Source: a bacterium (GTDB lineage Bacteria; Patescibacteriota; UBA1384; 2-12-FULL-50-11). Taken from it: a stretch of 64,000 nt of DNA. Below, piece after piece: positions 1 through 9,578 of the stretch. The notes below the pieces were generated by a model. It did not search any database and was not told the DNA's origin. It was given only the letters and a program-made list of their open reading frames with translations. A program made the translations under genes and the position numbers. Numbering within the stretch: the first letter of the stretch is position 1; every line of letters starts with the position of its first letter. Location: the NCBI GenBank assembly GCA_021463485.1, contig JAJTYJ010000002.1, positions 108,638 through 172,637 on the forward strand, given 5' to 3'.

Positions 1-1209
1 TTCTACGCCCCAACTAAGCGAGACGCTGCCAAACAAGACAGCGTCAACGCCTACTTACTCGCGAAAGCCGGTTATATCAGCCAGGTTGCTGCCGGTGTCT
101 ACGCACTACTGCCGTTAGCGGTTCGATCACTTCAGAAGATCGAGCAAGTTGTACGCGAAGAAATGAACTCGATCGGTGGTAACGAAGTAGTTTTCTCCGC
201 CTTGCAGCCGAAGTCAACTTGGGAGAAATCCGGTCGTTGGGACGACGAGAACTTCCGTCAGATCGTCTACATCGATCAAGACGCTGATATGACGTTTGGT
301 GCAACCCACGAAGAGCCGATGAGTATTGCTGTGAAGGAGAAAGTTCAGTCGTATCGCGATCTACCGGTTATTCTTTATCAATTTCAAACTAAATTCCGCA
401 AAGAATTACGGGCAAAATCCGGGTTACTGCGTGGTCGTGAATTCCGAATGAAGGATCTCTACAGTTTTCATCCCGATAACGAATCGCATCACGAGTTTTA
501 CGAGTCAGCGGCTACAGCTTATTTAAGAGTTTTTAAGCGGCTCGGTCTGGACGCGTATCGAGTTAAGGCCAGCGGCGGTGTCTTTAGTAAAGAATATTCT
601 GACGAGTTTCAGGTTATCTGTCCGACCGGAGAGGATGAGATCCTTGTGAATCATAAGACGAAAACAGGTTTCAATAAGGAAGTCGAGGCCGATATCTCGG
701 TAGCAGAAAAAGATAAGCTCGAACGCGTTAAAGCGATCGAAGTCGGTAATATCTTTCATTTGGGTAGCAAATACTCTGACGCGTTCGATTTAAAGTACCT
801 AAATAAAGACGGAGTTCGGAAATCGATTGTTATGGGTAGCTATGGCATCGGTATCACGAGACTGCTTGGAACAATTTCCGAACTCTTTCACGATCAAAAC
901 GGACTAGTGCTACCAAAACAGGTGGCGCCGTTCCAGGTTTATCTTATCGATTTAACTAACTCGAAAGACGGGGTAGAGCTCTATAATACATTAGCTAAAG
1001 CCGGTTTTGAGGTCTTGTTTGACGATCGTGAGTTACCAGCCGGCGCAAAATTTGTTGAAGCTGATCTGATCGGTATTCCAGTTCGGTTAGTGCTTAGCCC
1101 GAAAACGAAGGCTAAAAACGCGGTTGAGCTTAAAGAGCGCTCAAGCGACACGAGTACAGTTGTTTCCCTGAACGAAGTTAGTAAAGCACTCGAGAAGATC
1201 TTCTCTTGA
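1..1209 (+). CDS. proS: Proline--tRNA ligase, 5'-truncated at window edge
   Basis: Frame 1 is open from nt 1. Class II aaRS motifs are present (…REFRMKDLYSFH…, GYGIGITRL), and the C-terminal anticodon-binding region is typical of bacterial ProRS. Confidence 0.85.
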   Translation, partial: FYAPTKRDAAKQDSVNAYLLAKAGYISQVAAGVYALLPLAVRSLQKIEQVVREEMNSIGGNEVVFSALQPKSTWEKSGRWDDENFRQIVYIDQDADMTFGATHEEPMSIAVKEKVQSYRDLPVILYQFQTKFRKELRAKSGLLRGREFRMKDLYSFHPDNESHHEFYESAATAYLRVFKRLGLDAYRVKASGGVFSKEYSDEFQVICPTGEDEILVNHKTKTGFNKEVEADISVAEKDKLERVKAIEVGNIFHLGSKYSDAFDLKYLNKDGVRKSIVMGSYGIGITRLLGTISELFHDQNGLVLPKQVAPFQVYLIDLTNSKDGVELYNTLAKAGFEVLFDDRELPAGAKFVEADLIGIPVRLVLSPKTKAKNAVELKERSSDTSTVVSLNEVSKALEKIFS

Positions 1210-1296
1210 CACCTATTATTTACGGCTGTTACCCTAGTGTAAATAAGCGTCCGCAAGGACAGGCAGTTTTTCTGCCTAAAGAATTGGAGGTCTGCT

Positions 1297-1449
1297 ATGG
1301 ATGACCAAATGATGGAGGGTATGGAAGAAGAGAAAAAAGAAGAAGGCATGATGCCAGGGGCAGAAGCTGCTGAGGGCGAAGAGAAACCAGAAGAGATGCC
1401 AATGGATGGTGAGAAAAAGCCAGAAGAGGGCGAAGAAGCCGCCATGTAA
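1297..1449 (+). CDS. Small acidic, Met/Glu-rich hypothetical protein (50 aa)
   Basis: ATG at 1297 has GGAGG about 8 nt upstream. The 50-codon ORF reads MDDQMMEGMEEEKKEEGMMPGAEAAEGEEKPEEMPMDGEKKPEEGEEAAM, and a hairpin plus T-run follows immediately. It is below the ORF-track size cutoff. Confidence 0.4.
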   Translation: MDDQMMEGMEEEKKEEGMMPGAEAAEGEEKPEEMPMDGEKKPEEGEEAAM

Positions 1450-1467
1450 ATCCCGTTTGGGATAATA

Positions 1468-1495
1468 AAAAGACCCCGAATGGGGTCTTTTTTGT
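1468..1495 (+). terminator. Rho-independent terminator
   Basis: Hairpin agacccc-gaa-tggggtct is followed by TTTTTTG. Confidence 0.6.
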
Positions 1496-1524
1496 TGGTG
1501 GAGTGCCTGGTACCGTAAATAGAG

Positions 1525-2304
1525 ATGCGGAAAATAATTGTTGGCAATTGGAAGATGTACCCGTCGCTATCCGATGCGGTGGTGTTAGCTGGTAGTTTAA
1601 GGCAGTCGTTAGAGAGTATTCACGGAGTAACGGCTGTTTTAGCGCCGCCTACCGCATGGCTTCTGCCAGTTATTGAGCACTGGAAGCACAAAATGCCGCA
1701 CGTGCACTTTGCCGCCCAAAACGTTTGGTCAGACGATCAAGGCGCGTATACCGGAGAGATATCGGCGTATTTGCTAAAAGATATCGTTTCGTACGCGATT
1801 GTTGGGCACTCAGAGCGTCGGCGATACCTAGGTGAAGATAACGAAACAATTAACGACAAACTACTATCGTGTTTACGCTGGCGGATTAAGCCGATACTTT
1901 GCGTCGGTGAGACAAAAAAAGCAGTCGACACAAACGGTAATTTGGCGCAGGTAGAGTGGGGGAAGATCGTAGAACAATTAGAGCAGGGTCTATCTGGAGT
2001 TAAAAGAGAGTATTTGGAAGACGTAACTATCGCATACGAACCGGTTTGGGCGATCGGTAACGGTAACGAAGCTACAGCTGATTACGCTGTTGCGATGGTC
2101 GAGCGATTACGCTCAGAACTGACGAAGCAATTCGGTACCGCTGCCGATACAGTGCATTTCCTCTACGGCGGTAGCGTCGACGCTACCAACGCTGGCGAAT
2201 ATTTGAGGCATAAAGAAATATCTGGTCTGCTAGTGGGCACTGCCTCGGTTAAGGCGAAAGAGTTTGCATCGATCTGCCGGATCGCGGCCGATCTGGCAAA
2301 GTAA
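1525..2304 (+). CDS. tpiA: Triosephosphate isomerase
   Basis: GNWKMY, HSERR, CVGET and YEPVWAIG signature blocks are present. Length is 259 aa. Confidence 0.9.
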   Translation: MRKIIVGNWKMYPSLSDAVVLAGSLRQSLESIHGVTAVLAPPTAWLLPVIEHWKHKMPHVHFAAQNVWSDDQGAYTGEISAYLLKDIVSYAIVGHSERRRYLGEDNETINDKLLSCLRWRIKPILCVGETKKAVDTNGNLAQVEWGKIVEQLEQGLSGVKREYLEDVTIAYEPVWAIGNGNEATADYAVAMVERLRSELTKQFGTAADTVHFLYGGSVDATNAGEYLRHKEISGLLVGTASVKAKEFASICRIAADLAK

Positions 2305-3269
2305 TGTCCAAACAGCTACACGTTGTGCTTATCGGTAAGTCGCCGCTTTCGCTTTTTATTGCACAAGAACTAGATAAATATCTTGGTCCGCTCGTTCAGT
2401 ATAAGTTAACTTGGTTGACCGAAGACAGCAAAATGGTGACCGATCTTCTATCTTTTGACCCAGTTGGGAAGATGAAGAGTGTTGATTTGAGTAAAAGATT
2501 TACTGATCTGCAGATGAGAGTCACGTCTATTAAGAGCGTTAATCTTCGTCGACAAGAAATTGTAACTGGACGCGCAACTGTTAATTACGATTTTCTAATC
2601 TTAGATCAGTTGCCATATTATACGACCAAGGAATTATCGGTAATTTATCAGCAGTTTACTACTTTAATTGGTGCGGTAGCGGCAGCAAAAAAAGGAGAAA
2701 AACCTATTTCTGCAGCTGTTAGTATTGGTGGGACAGCTGCTCATAGCGCCCAACTTGCACTAGCGCTTCGCTCTTTCCAGCTGCGTCATTACCCAAGCCT
2801 ACTTCGTAACATATCGCTTCATATTTCTACCCAACCAACGGTTGTCTGGCCGTATCTGTCTGAGCACTCAGTTGAAACGAAGAATAAAGCTAAAAATGGG
2901 GGTATGACGATCAGCTCCCCAGTGGCGATGGTCAACTCCAAGCAAATTAAAGGCGCAAAAGTTGATCGAAGTAACCATATCGTGGCAGACTCATTTATGA
3001 GAGTCAGTGGTTACGATAACGTGCTGTGTTTTGATAGCCCCGAGTGGCTACGTTCAAACATTCTTCGAACTTATAAGTCTTTTAGTAAATCGGTTATCGA
3101 ATTTCTTGAGAACTTCTTTGAGAATAAGGGTTTAAAGAAACTTCACATCCCAAAACATAGTTTGCTACTTCGCTCTGAAAAAGGGAACTTTGCGTTGATC
3201 GGCGAAATGAAAAGTAATAACTTCCGCGCTAAGTTAGTCGCTAAGCTTGAAGAGTCGCTACGTAGTTAG
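2304..3269 (+). CDS. Hypothetical protein
   Basis: 321-aa ORF, translationally coupled to tpiA (ATGA overlap). I recognise no family motif. Confidence 0.45.
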   Translation: MSKQLHVVLIGKSPLSLFIAQELDKYLGPLVQYKLTWLTEDSKMVTDLLSFDPVGKMKSVDLSKRFTDLQMRVTSIKSVNLRRQEIVTGRATVNYDFLILDQLPYYTTKELSVIYQQFTTLIGAVAAAKKGEKPISAAVSIGGTAAHSAQLALALRSFQLRHYPSLLRNISLHISTQPTVVWPYLSEHSVETKNKAKNGGMTISSPVAMVNSKQIKGAKVDRSNHIVADSFMRVSGYDNVLCFDSPEWLRSNILRTYKSFSKSVIEFLENFFENKGLKKLHIPKHSLLLRSEKGNFALIGEMKSNNFRAKLVAKLEESLRS

Positions 3270-4231
3270 ACTTTTTCTTGCTGGGGTTTGGGTCGGTGGA
3301 ACCAATGTACGATCGCTAAAACCAAAAACATTACACCGATTCCAAGGGTAACGATACTAATATTGCCTAATGTAGTTTTTAGAATTTCCAAAACTGTGGC
3401 AACTATATCTGTAATTATAGGAGCAATTGCTGCAGCGTCGGAACCGCCAAAGAATTCACCAACTGCCCTAGCAATCCAATCCCAGGCAATTAAGCTGAAT
3501 CCAATCTGGAGCAAGCCAACAATAATAAATGTAACGGCTAGCGGTCTAAACGCTTTGCCGCGTAGTAACAACAGCATTAATGCAACGATTAACGCTGTTA
3601 ATCCCCAAACAATCGTGACGATTTGGTTAACCATTATTACTGCTTTGCGGGTACTTTTTAAGCCTTCGCTTGGGTTAGTGACGGAAATATTTGCCGGTAG
3701 GGTGTTGATCCCTTCTGTGGCACTTTTCTGAAAAATCCGCTCAATTTCGTTGTCTTTTACGTTACCTTCGGGAAGCTTGCAAGTTGGAAACTCTTTTTCA
3801 GGGTCCCAGCTACTGAGGTCTTTTTGCTGACAAACAGGTAGCGCGGCGTACTTAGCTAGAGCTTTTTGGGTAATTTCTTCGACGGCATCTTGTTCAACTG
3901 TTGTTAGGTCGTAAGTAAAATTAAGTTCATCCGATTTACCAGTTACATAGCCAAGCGTTACGGTTAAGTACTGCTCAAGCACTTTATAAAAGGTTTCTGC
4001 GTCGATGACATTAATAATTATTTCGGTCATCTCTTCTTTACTAAGCTTGGTTCCGTCCTGCGTTTCCTTTGGTACCATCGACTGGATTTGTCCGGTGAGC
4101 CTGCCGTATAGATTAGTCTTGCGCGACTGCTCAATTAAGAACTCGGGGTTCTCTAAATTTTTGGCTGTGTAGCCTAACGTTGATAGAAATAAGAGGATGA
4201 TTAGTAAGAAGCTAAGAAAGCTTTTTAGCAT
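3266..4231 (-). CDS. Hypothetical membrane protein
   Basis: The most likely start is the internal ATG (MLKSFLSFLLIILLFL…), which gives an N-terminal signal/TM. There are multiple C-terminal TM helices. The longer ORF-track start would overlap pgk. Confidence 0.45.
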   Translation of the reverse strand: MLKSFLSFLLIILLFLSTLGYTAKNLENPEFLIEQSRKTNLYGRLTGQIQSMVPKETQDGTKLSKEEMTEIIINVIDAETFYKVLEQYLTVTLGYVTGKSDELNFTYDLTTVEQDAVEEITQKALAKYAALPVCQQKDLSSWDPEKEFPTCKLPEGNVKDNEIERIFQKSATEGINTLPANISVTNPSEGLKSTRKAVIMVNQIVTIVWGLTALIVALMLLLLRGKAFRPLAVTFIIVGLLQIGFSLIAWDWIARAVGEFFGGSDAAAIAPIITDIVATVLEILKTTLGNISIVTLGIGVMFLVLAIVHWFHRPKPQQEKV

Positions 4232-4286
4232 AACTGTATTGTAGCACTGTGGGCGTTTCTGCAGATGGTTGATACACTGGTTAAAG

Positions 4287-5399
4287 ATGAAATCGCTCGA
4301 AGAGGCAAATATTTTTGGCAAGACTGTTTTGGTGCGCATCGGTGCCGATGTCCCGCTATCAGATTCAAACCCACCAAAAATTACTGATGACTCTAGGTTA
4401 AGAGTTCTTTTACCGACGCTTCAGTATTTAATCAACCGAAAATGTCGTGTCGTATTATGTGCACACCTGGGGAGGCCGAGCGGTAAGATTGATAAAACTT
4501 ACAGTTTGCGTCCTGTCTATCTTCGACTCTCAGCCTTATTGAAGCGACCAATAGTATTTGCGCCGACAATTTTTTCCGAGAAGACGCGATCAGCTGTCGA
4601 GGGGCTCGGTGACGGCGAACTATTGGGATTAGAGAATCTTCGCTTTGAACCAGGTGAAGAACGAAATTCGCGAACCTTCGCTCGCAAACTGTCTGAGTAC
4701 GGCGAAGTGTTCGTCAATGAGGCGTTTAACGTCGCTCATCACGAGGGCGCATCATTTATCGCTATTACCGAATTTTTACCTAGTTTCGCGGGTCTACAGT
4801 TTGAGAAAGAGATCTCAATAATGCGCCAACTCGTTATGCATCCGGCGCGACCTTTCGTGGTGGTTGTGGGAGGGGTAAAAATTGCCGACAAACTTCCTGT
4901 TTTAAGGTATTTATCTCAACATGCCGATAAGGTTCTGGTTGGTGGCGGAGTCGCAAACACCTTTCTCGCTGCGCTAGGTAAGGACGTTGGTAAATCTGTT
5001 GTTGATTCGGATTATTTTGACCAAGCTCGTGCAATTATCAGACGATCCAGGGGAAAGATTGTGTTACCTACTGACTTCGTAACTCATGAGGGCGTAATTC
5101 TAGATATCGGACACGAAACCACAAAAAATTACTTGAAATACTTAAAGACTGCCCAAACTATTTTCTGGAACGGGTCGCTCGGTAAGGCAGAAGATGATGA
5201 TTACGCTGTTGGATCAGAAGTCTTGGCCCATTTTATCGCCGACTCACCAGCTACAACAATTATTGGTGGCGGTAATACGGTGGAGATTTTCTCGAGATTA
5301 AATCTTCTACATGGTTTAACATTTGTTTCGACTGGCGGCGGCGCTACTCTTGAGCTGTTGGCCGGTCATCGCTTACCAGGAATTGTTGCGCTGGCCTAA
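4287..5399 (+). CDS. pgk: Phosphoglycerate kinase
   Basis: PGK hallmark LENLRFEPGEE and an N-terminal substrate-binding region are present. The true start is taken as the ATG (MKSLEE…), not the upstream TTG. Confidence 0.9.
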   Translation: MKSLEEANIFGKTVLVRIGADVPLSDSNPPKITDDSRLRVLLPTLQYLINRKCRVVLCAHLGRPSGKIDKTYSLRPVYLRLSALLKRPIVFAPTIFSEKTRSAVEGLGDGELLGLENLRFEPGEERNSRTFARKLSEYGEVFVNEAFNVAHHEGASFIAITEFLPSFAGLQFEKEISIMRQLVMHPARPFVVVVGGVKIADKLPVLRYLSQHADKVLVGGGVANTFLAALGKDVGKSVVDSDYFDQARAIIRRSRGKIVLPTDFVTHEGVILDIGHETTKNYLKYLKTAQTIFWNGSLGKAEDDDYAVGSEVLAHFIADSPATTIIGGGNTVEIFSRLNLLHGLTFVSTGGGATLELLAGHRLPGIVALA

Positions 5400-5526
5400 T
5401 ATTAGTTTTTTGGTTTCTTTCCACCGAGAATTTTGCGGATATCCTTATCAATATCCTCTTCAGCTTTATCGATTTCTTCCTCAATGATCACATCGGGATC
5501 AGGCGTTTTAGGCGAGATCTTTTTTT

Positions 5527-5898
5527 CTAAATCGTGCTGCTTGAGGCGAGAATATCAACCATCCAGTGGAAGTTGTCATCGGCGAGTGTTCCTTTCCATG
5601 ACCCTGTATTAATACCTTCAGCGGATGCCGCAAGTAACGAGTTAGCGTTCAACTCCGTACCTGTCACTAGATTGCCAGCAGTCGGAACAAACTGGTATGT
5701 ATTGGCTTTTGCGGTCGAAATTTTGGTTGGGCTTGGCACTTCAGGGTTATAAAGCAAATTCAATGAGGCAGTTGTAGTAACGAGAGCGACCAACATTAAA
5801 ATTGGGATTCGGAACGGATTATTCTTCCAGGTATCTCGGATAAACTCCACAGTTTCTTGATAAACACCATCTAATTTACGAGGCATTTTTGAGTGCAT
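5527..5898 (-). CDS. Hypothetical small membrane protein
   Basis: 123-aa ORF with one TM helix (ILMLVALVTTTASL). Confidence 0.35.
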   Translation of the reverse strand: MHSKMPRKLDGVYQETVEFIRDTWKNNPFRIPILMLVALVTTTASLNLLYNPEVPSPTKISTAKANTYQFVPTAGNLVTGTELNANSLLAASAEGINTGSWKGTLADDNFHWMVDILASSSTI

Positions 5899-6000
5899 GA
5901 GCTAACAGATCCCCTTTCCCCATACTCGTAAATAGCGGTGAAAAAACTGCCCCTCCATGTATCTCTACACTGACTATTTCTCTCGAGAAAGTCAAATAAT

Positions 6001-7491
6001 TTAACCGGTGGTTACCGTCTGTATATTGGCTCGCTGTAAATTGAGCTGAACGTCCTCAGCCTCACCGATAATTCTCTTCTCGGCTGGTAGGTAGCCCGAC
6101 TTTGCCGCAATCACGGAGTGCTTGCCTGGTGGAACTAGGATAATAAATCGTCCGGCTTCGTCTGTTATTGTTGAGTGGATAAAATTCTGTTCGCCCTTGC
6201 TGTCACTTGTTACTTGAATAACTGCTTCACCAAGACCGATATCTACTGCTTGATCCTTTACTAAGCCGAACCGCCTGACTTTCGATGAGCCGAGAATCCG
6301 CATAACCCATAGCAAAGCGTACAGTGTTACTAATAAAATATTTTCCAATGTACGAGCTTGGTAAATCAAAATCAGCGATAAAAGGCTGCCAGCAATTAAA
6401 ACAATAAACTGAAATGTTGTAACTACAGAGACGAATTTAGTAAATTTGGCTACTTTTTTTAGCGAAGCAACCCGAACGTCTTCTCTGACAGCCAAGGCAA
6501 TATCAAAAGTTAGCGGTTCGGTGCGTTTGTCATCAATACTGATAAGTTGACTACGATAGGGGAGATAAAGCGGATTTACAACCTGAACCCAATACTGTCC
6601 CGGTTGGGGAGTTAGAAAGCCGAAACGACCAGTTTTATCAGTCATAATTCTTTTAATTTCCTTGCCTGATTGGAGGCTGAATAACGAAACAAAAACACCT
6701 GGAATCGGCACTTTCGTGACAGCGTCGCGAACCGTTCCCCATTTACGTGGCGGTTTGAAAAACGGAAACAAGCTGTAGAGCAGGTACTGTAAGCCCGGTA
6801 TTCCACCAAGTAGTGCGATCGAGATACTACTCGTAACGGGTGTTAGAATCGCCAATGACGGTACGATTGTTGCCAATCCAACAGCGCCAGGTAGTCCTTG
6901 GGGCACGGCATCAGCAATGTCTTGAATAACTTTATTAATTCGCTGGGGGATCGTCGGAGGCTCACTCGGCGGCTCAGTTGTTCCGCCACCGCCCGGCGGT
7001 GGGTCTTCGTCGTCAGGTGGGGGAGGCGGTGGGTCTTCTCCTCCACCGCCGACTGTTGTGAAGTTGACGGTTGGCTTATCTTTCAACGTTACCGTATCAA
7101 CTACAGCGGTGTAGGTTGAAAGGCCGATGGTGGTGGAACTAACGAAACAGGTGAGCCTACCGCTAGCGTTGGTCGTGCCGGTGTTCTGTTGAGTCGAAGT
7201 CTCGTTAGCAAGATCGCAGTCGATAAAATCGAGCAATCCGCGCGAGGAAGTAATGGTGACGAACTTATTCGGCAGCACTTGGTTAGCGGCGTTACGAGCA
7301 GTTACAACTAAGGTTGAGAGCGCGATGCCATCGGCAGGCACTGAAGTAGGGGCAGCGGTAAATGTTGACAGATCGTCGTCGACGTTTGGCAGCACGTTAG
7401 CGTTAACATCAATATTCGTTTGAGCTTGTACGCCGGAGCTAACAGCTAGCAGCAAGATTGAGGCAAGCGCTGCGCGCAGCACTTGTACCAT
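6001..7491 (-). CDS. Surface-cluster polytopic membrane protein: signal peptide, Ig-like (Big) domain, Pro/Gly-rich linker, two transthyretin/CarboxypepD_reg-like domains separated by TM helices
   Basis: N-terminal signal MVQVLRAALASILLLAVSSGVQA is followed by a PPPPPPDDEDPPPGGGG linker. The blocks GQYWVQVVNPLYLPYRS and GRFIILVPPGKHSVIAAKSGYLPAEKR resemble carboxypeptidase-regulatory/transthyretin folds. There are several hydrophobic helices. Its start overlaps the stop of the upstream gene (TAATG). Confidence 0.5.
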   Translation of the reverse strand: MVQVLRAALASILLLAVSSGVQAQTNIDVNANVLPNVDDDLSTFTAAPTSVPADGIALSTLVVTARNAANQVLPNKFVTITSSRGLLDFIDCDLANETSTQQNTGTTNASGRLTCFVSSTTIGLSTYTAVVDTVTLKDKPTVNFTTVGGGGEDPPPPPPDDEDPPPGGGGTTEPPSEPPTIPQRINKVIQDIADAVPQGLPGAVGLATIVPSLAILTPVTSSISIALLGGIPGLQYLLYSLFPFFKPPRKWGTVRDAVTKVPIPGVFVSLFSLQSGKEIKRIMTDKTGRFGFLTPQPGQYWVQVVNPLYLPYRSQLISIDDKRTEPLTFDIALAVREDVRVASLKKVAKFTKFVSVVTTFQFIVLIAGSLLSLILIYQARTLENILLVTLYALLWVMRILGSSKVRRFGLVKDQAVDIGLGEAVIQVTSDSKGEQNFIHSTITDEAGRFIILVPPGKHSVIAAKSGYLPAEKRIIGEAEDVQLNLQRANIQTVTTG

Positions 7492-8471
7492 TATTGAATA
7501 ATCCGTCGAGGCGGACGCGGCTGAACTTGTTGTGGCGGAATGGTATTGACGTACTCTTTAAGTTTGGCGCGTTTGCGACGTCGAGTAACGATGAGCGTGC
7601 TGATAATAAGAAGCAGCGCGATGATCGCGATAATCAGCCAAAGCGGAATAACTATAAAAGTTCGGTTAGCGACTAACTGCTGCTCTGGAAGCCCATAAGT
7701 TAACGCTAACGATGCGGTAAATTTACCCATTGTTTTCCAGTCGAACTCCCAAGTGTTGTTAAAGCGTCGCTTGCTCTCTGGTAGGACATTGCTGTTTCCC
7801 TCGTTAACTTTAAGCGTTTGAACGACGTTACCGGACCAGTTTCTTATCTTTATCTCGCCGACCGGCTTCGAGTGGATGTTGCCGACGTTATTAATGCGAG
7901 CTGAGAAATTCGCCGGCGGGCTAATCAGAAAGACCGGCGCGTCAAAATCTTCTAGTAATAGTTTTTCGGTAATATCGCCCGGAACTGTTACCAGCAGCAG
8001 TGTGCCGACCAAACCGACAACGCCAATTTGGCTTACGTCTTCGTCAAGTTTTGGCTCTTCGGTAGAAAAGAGGATTGCGCCGTAATGCCCGCCCGGTTCG
8101 GCGTTTGCTGGGGCGGTAATGGTAACCTCAAATTTTTCTTCTTCGTTTGGCTCGATCCGGAGGAACGGCTTTGAGAACGTTGCCCAACTCGAGAGTGCGT
8201 AGGTTGAGTATTTCTCTTCTTCAGTAAAAAAGACCGGTTTACCGCCGTCGTTATCGGTATGAAAATTCATAATCCGCGGATACAGCGTCATCGATCGAGT
8301 AATCGGATTAATCACCCGTACGGTTCTGGTGACTGACTGTCCGGGGCTAACGACAAACTCGTCTTTAACCGGAGTTACTGTAATACCCGCCGCTCCGTTT
8401 TGAGCAAATGTTGAGTTAGAAAACGTTGCTAGAGTTAACAGCAACAAGGTAGCTGCCAGGAATCTATGCAT
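7491..8471 (-). CDS. DUF916/DUF3324-like cell-surface protein with C-terminal membrane anchor (CscA-like topology)
   Basis: Signal peptide MHRFLAATLLLLTLATFSNSTFA, then a beta-rich ectodomain of about 270 aa, then a single C-terminal TM (IPLWLIIAIIALLLIISTLIV) followed by RRRKRAKLK and a Pro-rich tail. The family assignment is based on topology only. Confidence 0.4.
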   Translation of the reverse strand: MHRFLAATLLLLTLATFSNSTFAQNGAAGITVTPVKDEFVVSPGQSVTRTVRVINPITRSMTLYPRIMNFHTDNDGGKPVFFTEEEKYSTYALSSWATFSKPFLRIEPNEEEKFEVTITAPANAEPGGHYGAILFSTEEPKLDEDVSQIGVVGLVGTLLLVTVPGDITEKLLLEDFDAPVFLISPPANFSARINNVGNIHSKPVGEIKIRNWSGNVVQTLKVNEGNSNVLPESKRRFNNTWEFDWKTMGKFTASLALTYGLPEQQLVANRTFIVIPLWLIIAIIALLLIISTLIVTRRRKRAKLKEYVNTIPPQQVQPRPPRRIIQ

Positions 8472-9566
8472 TTAGAAAATCCCAGTACACACGTATGTAA
8501 TATTATCAGTGTAAGAACCAGCGTTTGCCAAACCGGAGACAGCCGCTTTATGCACAATCGTCAGCACTCGACTTGCCATCGGCCCGGATCCTGAAGCTAT
8601 CGGTGTCGCTGTTCGCAGCAGTCCACCTACCTGGTTACCAGACACATTATAGGGGCTTAAGGCAGAAAGAGCTGCACCTGAACCGCCAGATGTCGATCCT
8701 TGTATCCCGTAACCATCTACCCCGACAGAAAGTGTAGCGTCGGCTGATGCGATTAAGTACGTAGGTGACGAGCTTTTGTACAATCCAGGGTTAGTACCGC
8801 TACCTTCGTCGCGAACACTCACTGCCACCCCGCTCGCAGCGTTGGTGCTGATAGTTATTGTTGTGCTCGTGTCAGACGTAGAAATTGCACCAGTCGTCAG
8901 TGATGCAAAGGTTGTGGTTAGTCCAGTGAACGCGCAGGTAATTGACGGATCAACCGTAGCGTTAACTGTCACATCATTGTCAGCTACGATCTCGACAGCA
9001 ATCGAGCCAGAGTCGGCCATCGTACCGCCGATAAGAATCTTGGCGTCAGTAGCGTTTTGGGCAGCGGTTTGGTTGACGATCGTATTAGCTGCACCGCCAG
9101 CGTTGGTACCTGCTTCTAGTTGGATGCATCGTCCTGCCGCAACTGTGTCGGTGCCAGATGTAAATGTTACAACCTGTCCGGTAATGTCAAATCCCCAAGT
9201 AGTGCCTGAGGCTGTTAATGCGATAGTTTTATCGGAAAAACTCGCACATGACCCAGCAGCACTAACAGCGAAGTCCCAGTTAGAGGTGCTTTCTGCTGCA
9301 AGAGCAAATCCCGTAGGAAAGGTAATAGTAAAAGTCTGACCGGCTGTTATCCCAGTTGGTGTAATAAACTCGATTGTATGATCAGCATTCTGACTCTCTT
9401 TTAAGGTTGAGAGGGTGTCTTTGGCGCTGGTAACTTGTGCAGCGTATACGTACGATCTAACCGGAAAAAACGCAAGCAACAACGCCGCGATTAATAGGTA
9501 AGAAAACCTTCGATAATTCCCCTCGTTTCGGTTCATCTGAAATAAGTTTCTTTTTCCCTTGGGCAT
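8472..9566 (-). CDS. Secreted surface protein, paralog A of a 3-member family (conserved N-terminal and C-terminal domains, C-terminus …ITYVCTGIF)
   Basis: Signal peptide. It shares the N-terminal block (DTLSTLKES…H) and a roughly 180-aa C-terminal domain (…VDGYGIQGSTSGGSG…TIVHKAAVSGLA…YVCTGIF) with 9579-10688 and 10730-11818. Confidence 0.55.
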   Translation of the reverse strand: MPKGKRNLFQMNRNEGNYRRFSYLLIAALLLAFFPVRSYVYAAQVTSAKDTLSTLKESQNADHTIEFITPTGITAGQTFTITFPTGFALAAESTSNWDFAVSAAGSCASFSDKTIALTASGTTWGFDITGQVVTFTSGTDTVAAGRCIQLEAGTNAGGAANTIVNQTAAQNATDAKILIGGTMADSGSIAVEIVADNDVTVNATVDPSITCAFTGLTTTFASLTTGAISTSDTSTTITISTNAASGVAVSVRDEGSGTNPGLYKSSSPTYLIASADATLSVGVDGYGIQGSTSGGSGAALSALSPYNVSGNQVGGLLRTATPIASGSGPMASRVLTIVHKAAVSGLANAGSYTDNITYVCTGIF

Positions 9567-9578
9567 TTGTCAAGTTTA

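Noticed and set aside
5400-5530. Acidic 50-codon open frame (…DLEKKISPKTPDPDVIIEEEIDKAEEDIDKD…) downstream of 5527-5898 on the minus strand, near an A7 run; possible frameshifted C-terminal extension
   Set aside because: The A-run lies after the stop of the upstream frame, and the alternative frame is closed by TGA before the junction. No slippery site permits a fusion. There is no start codon or RBS.
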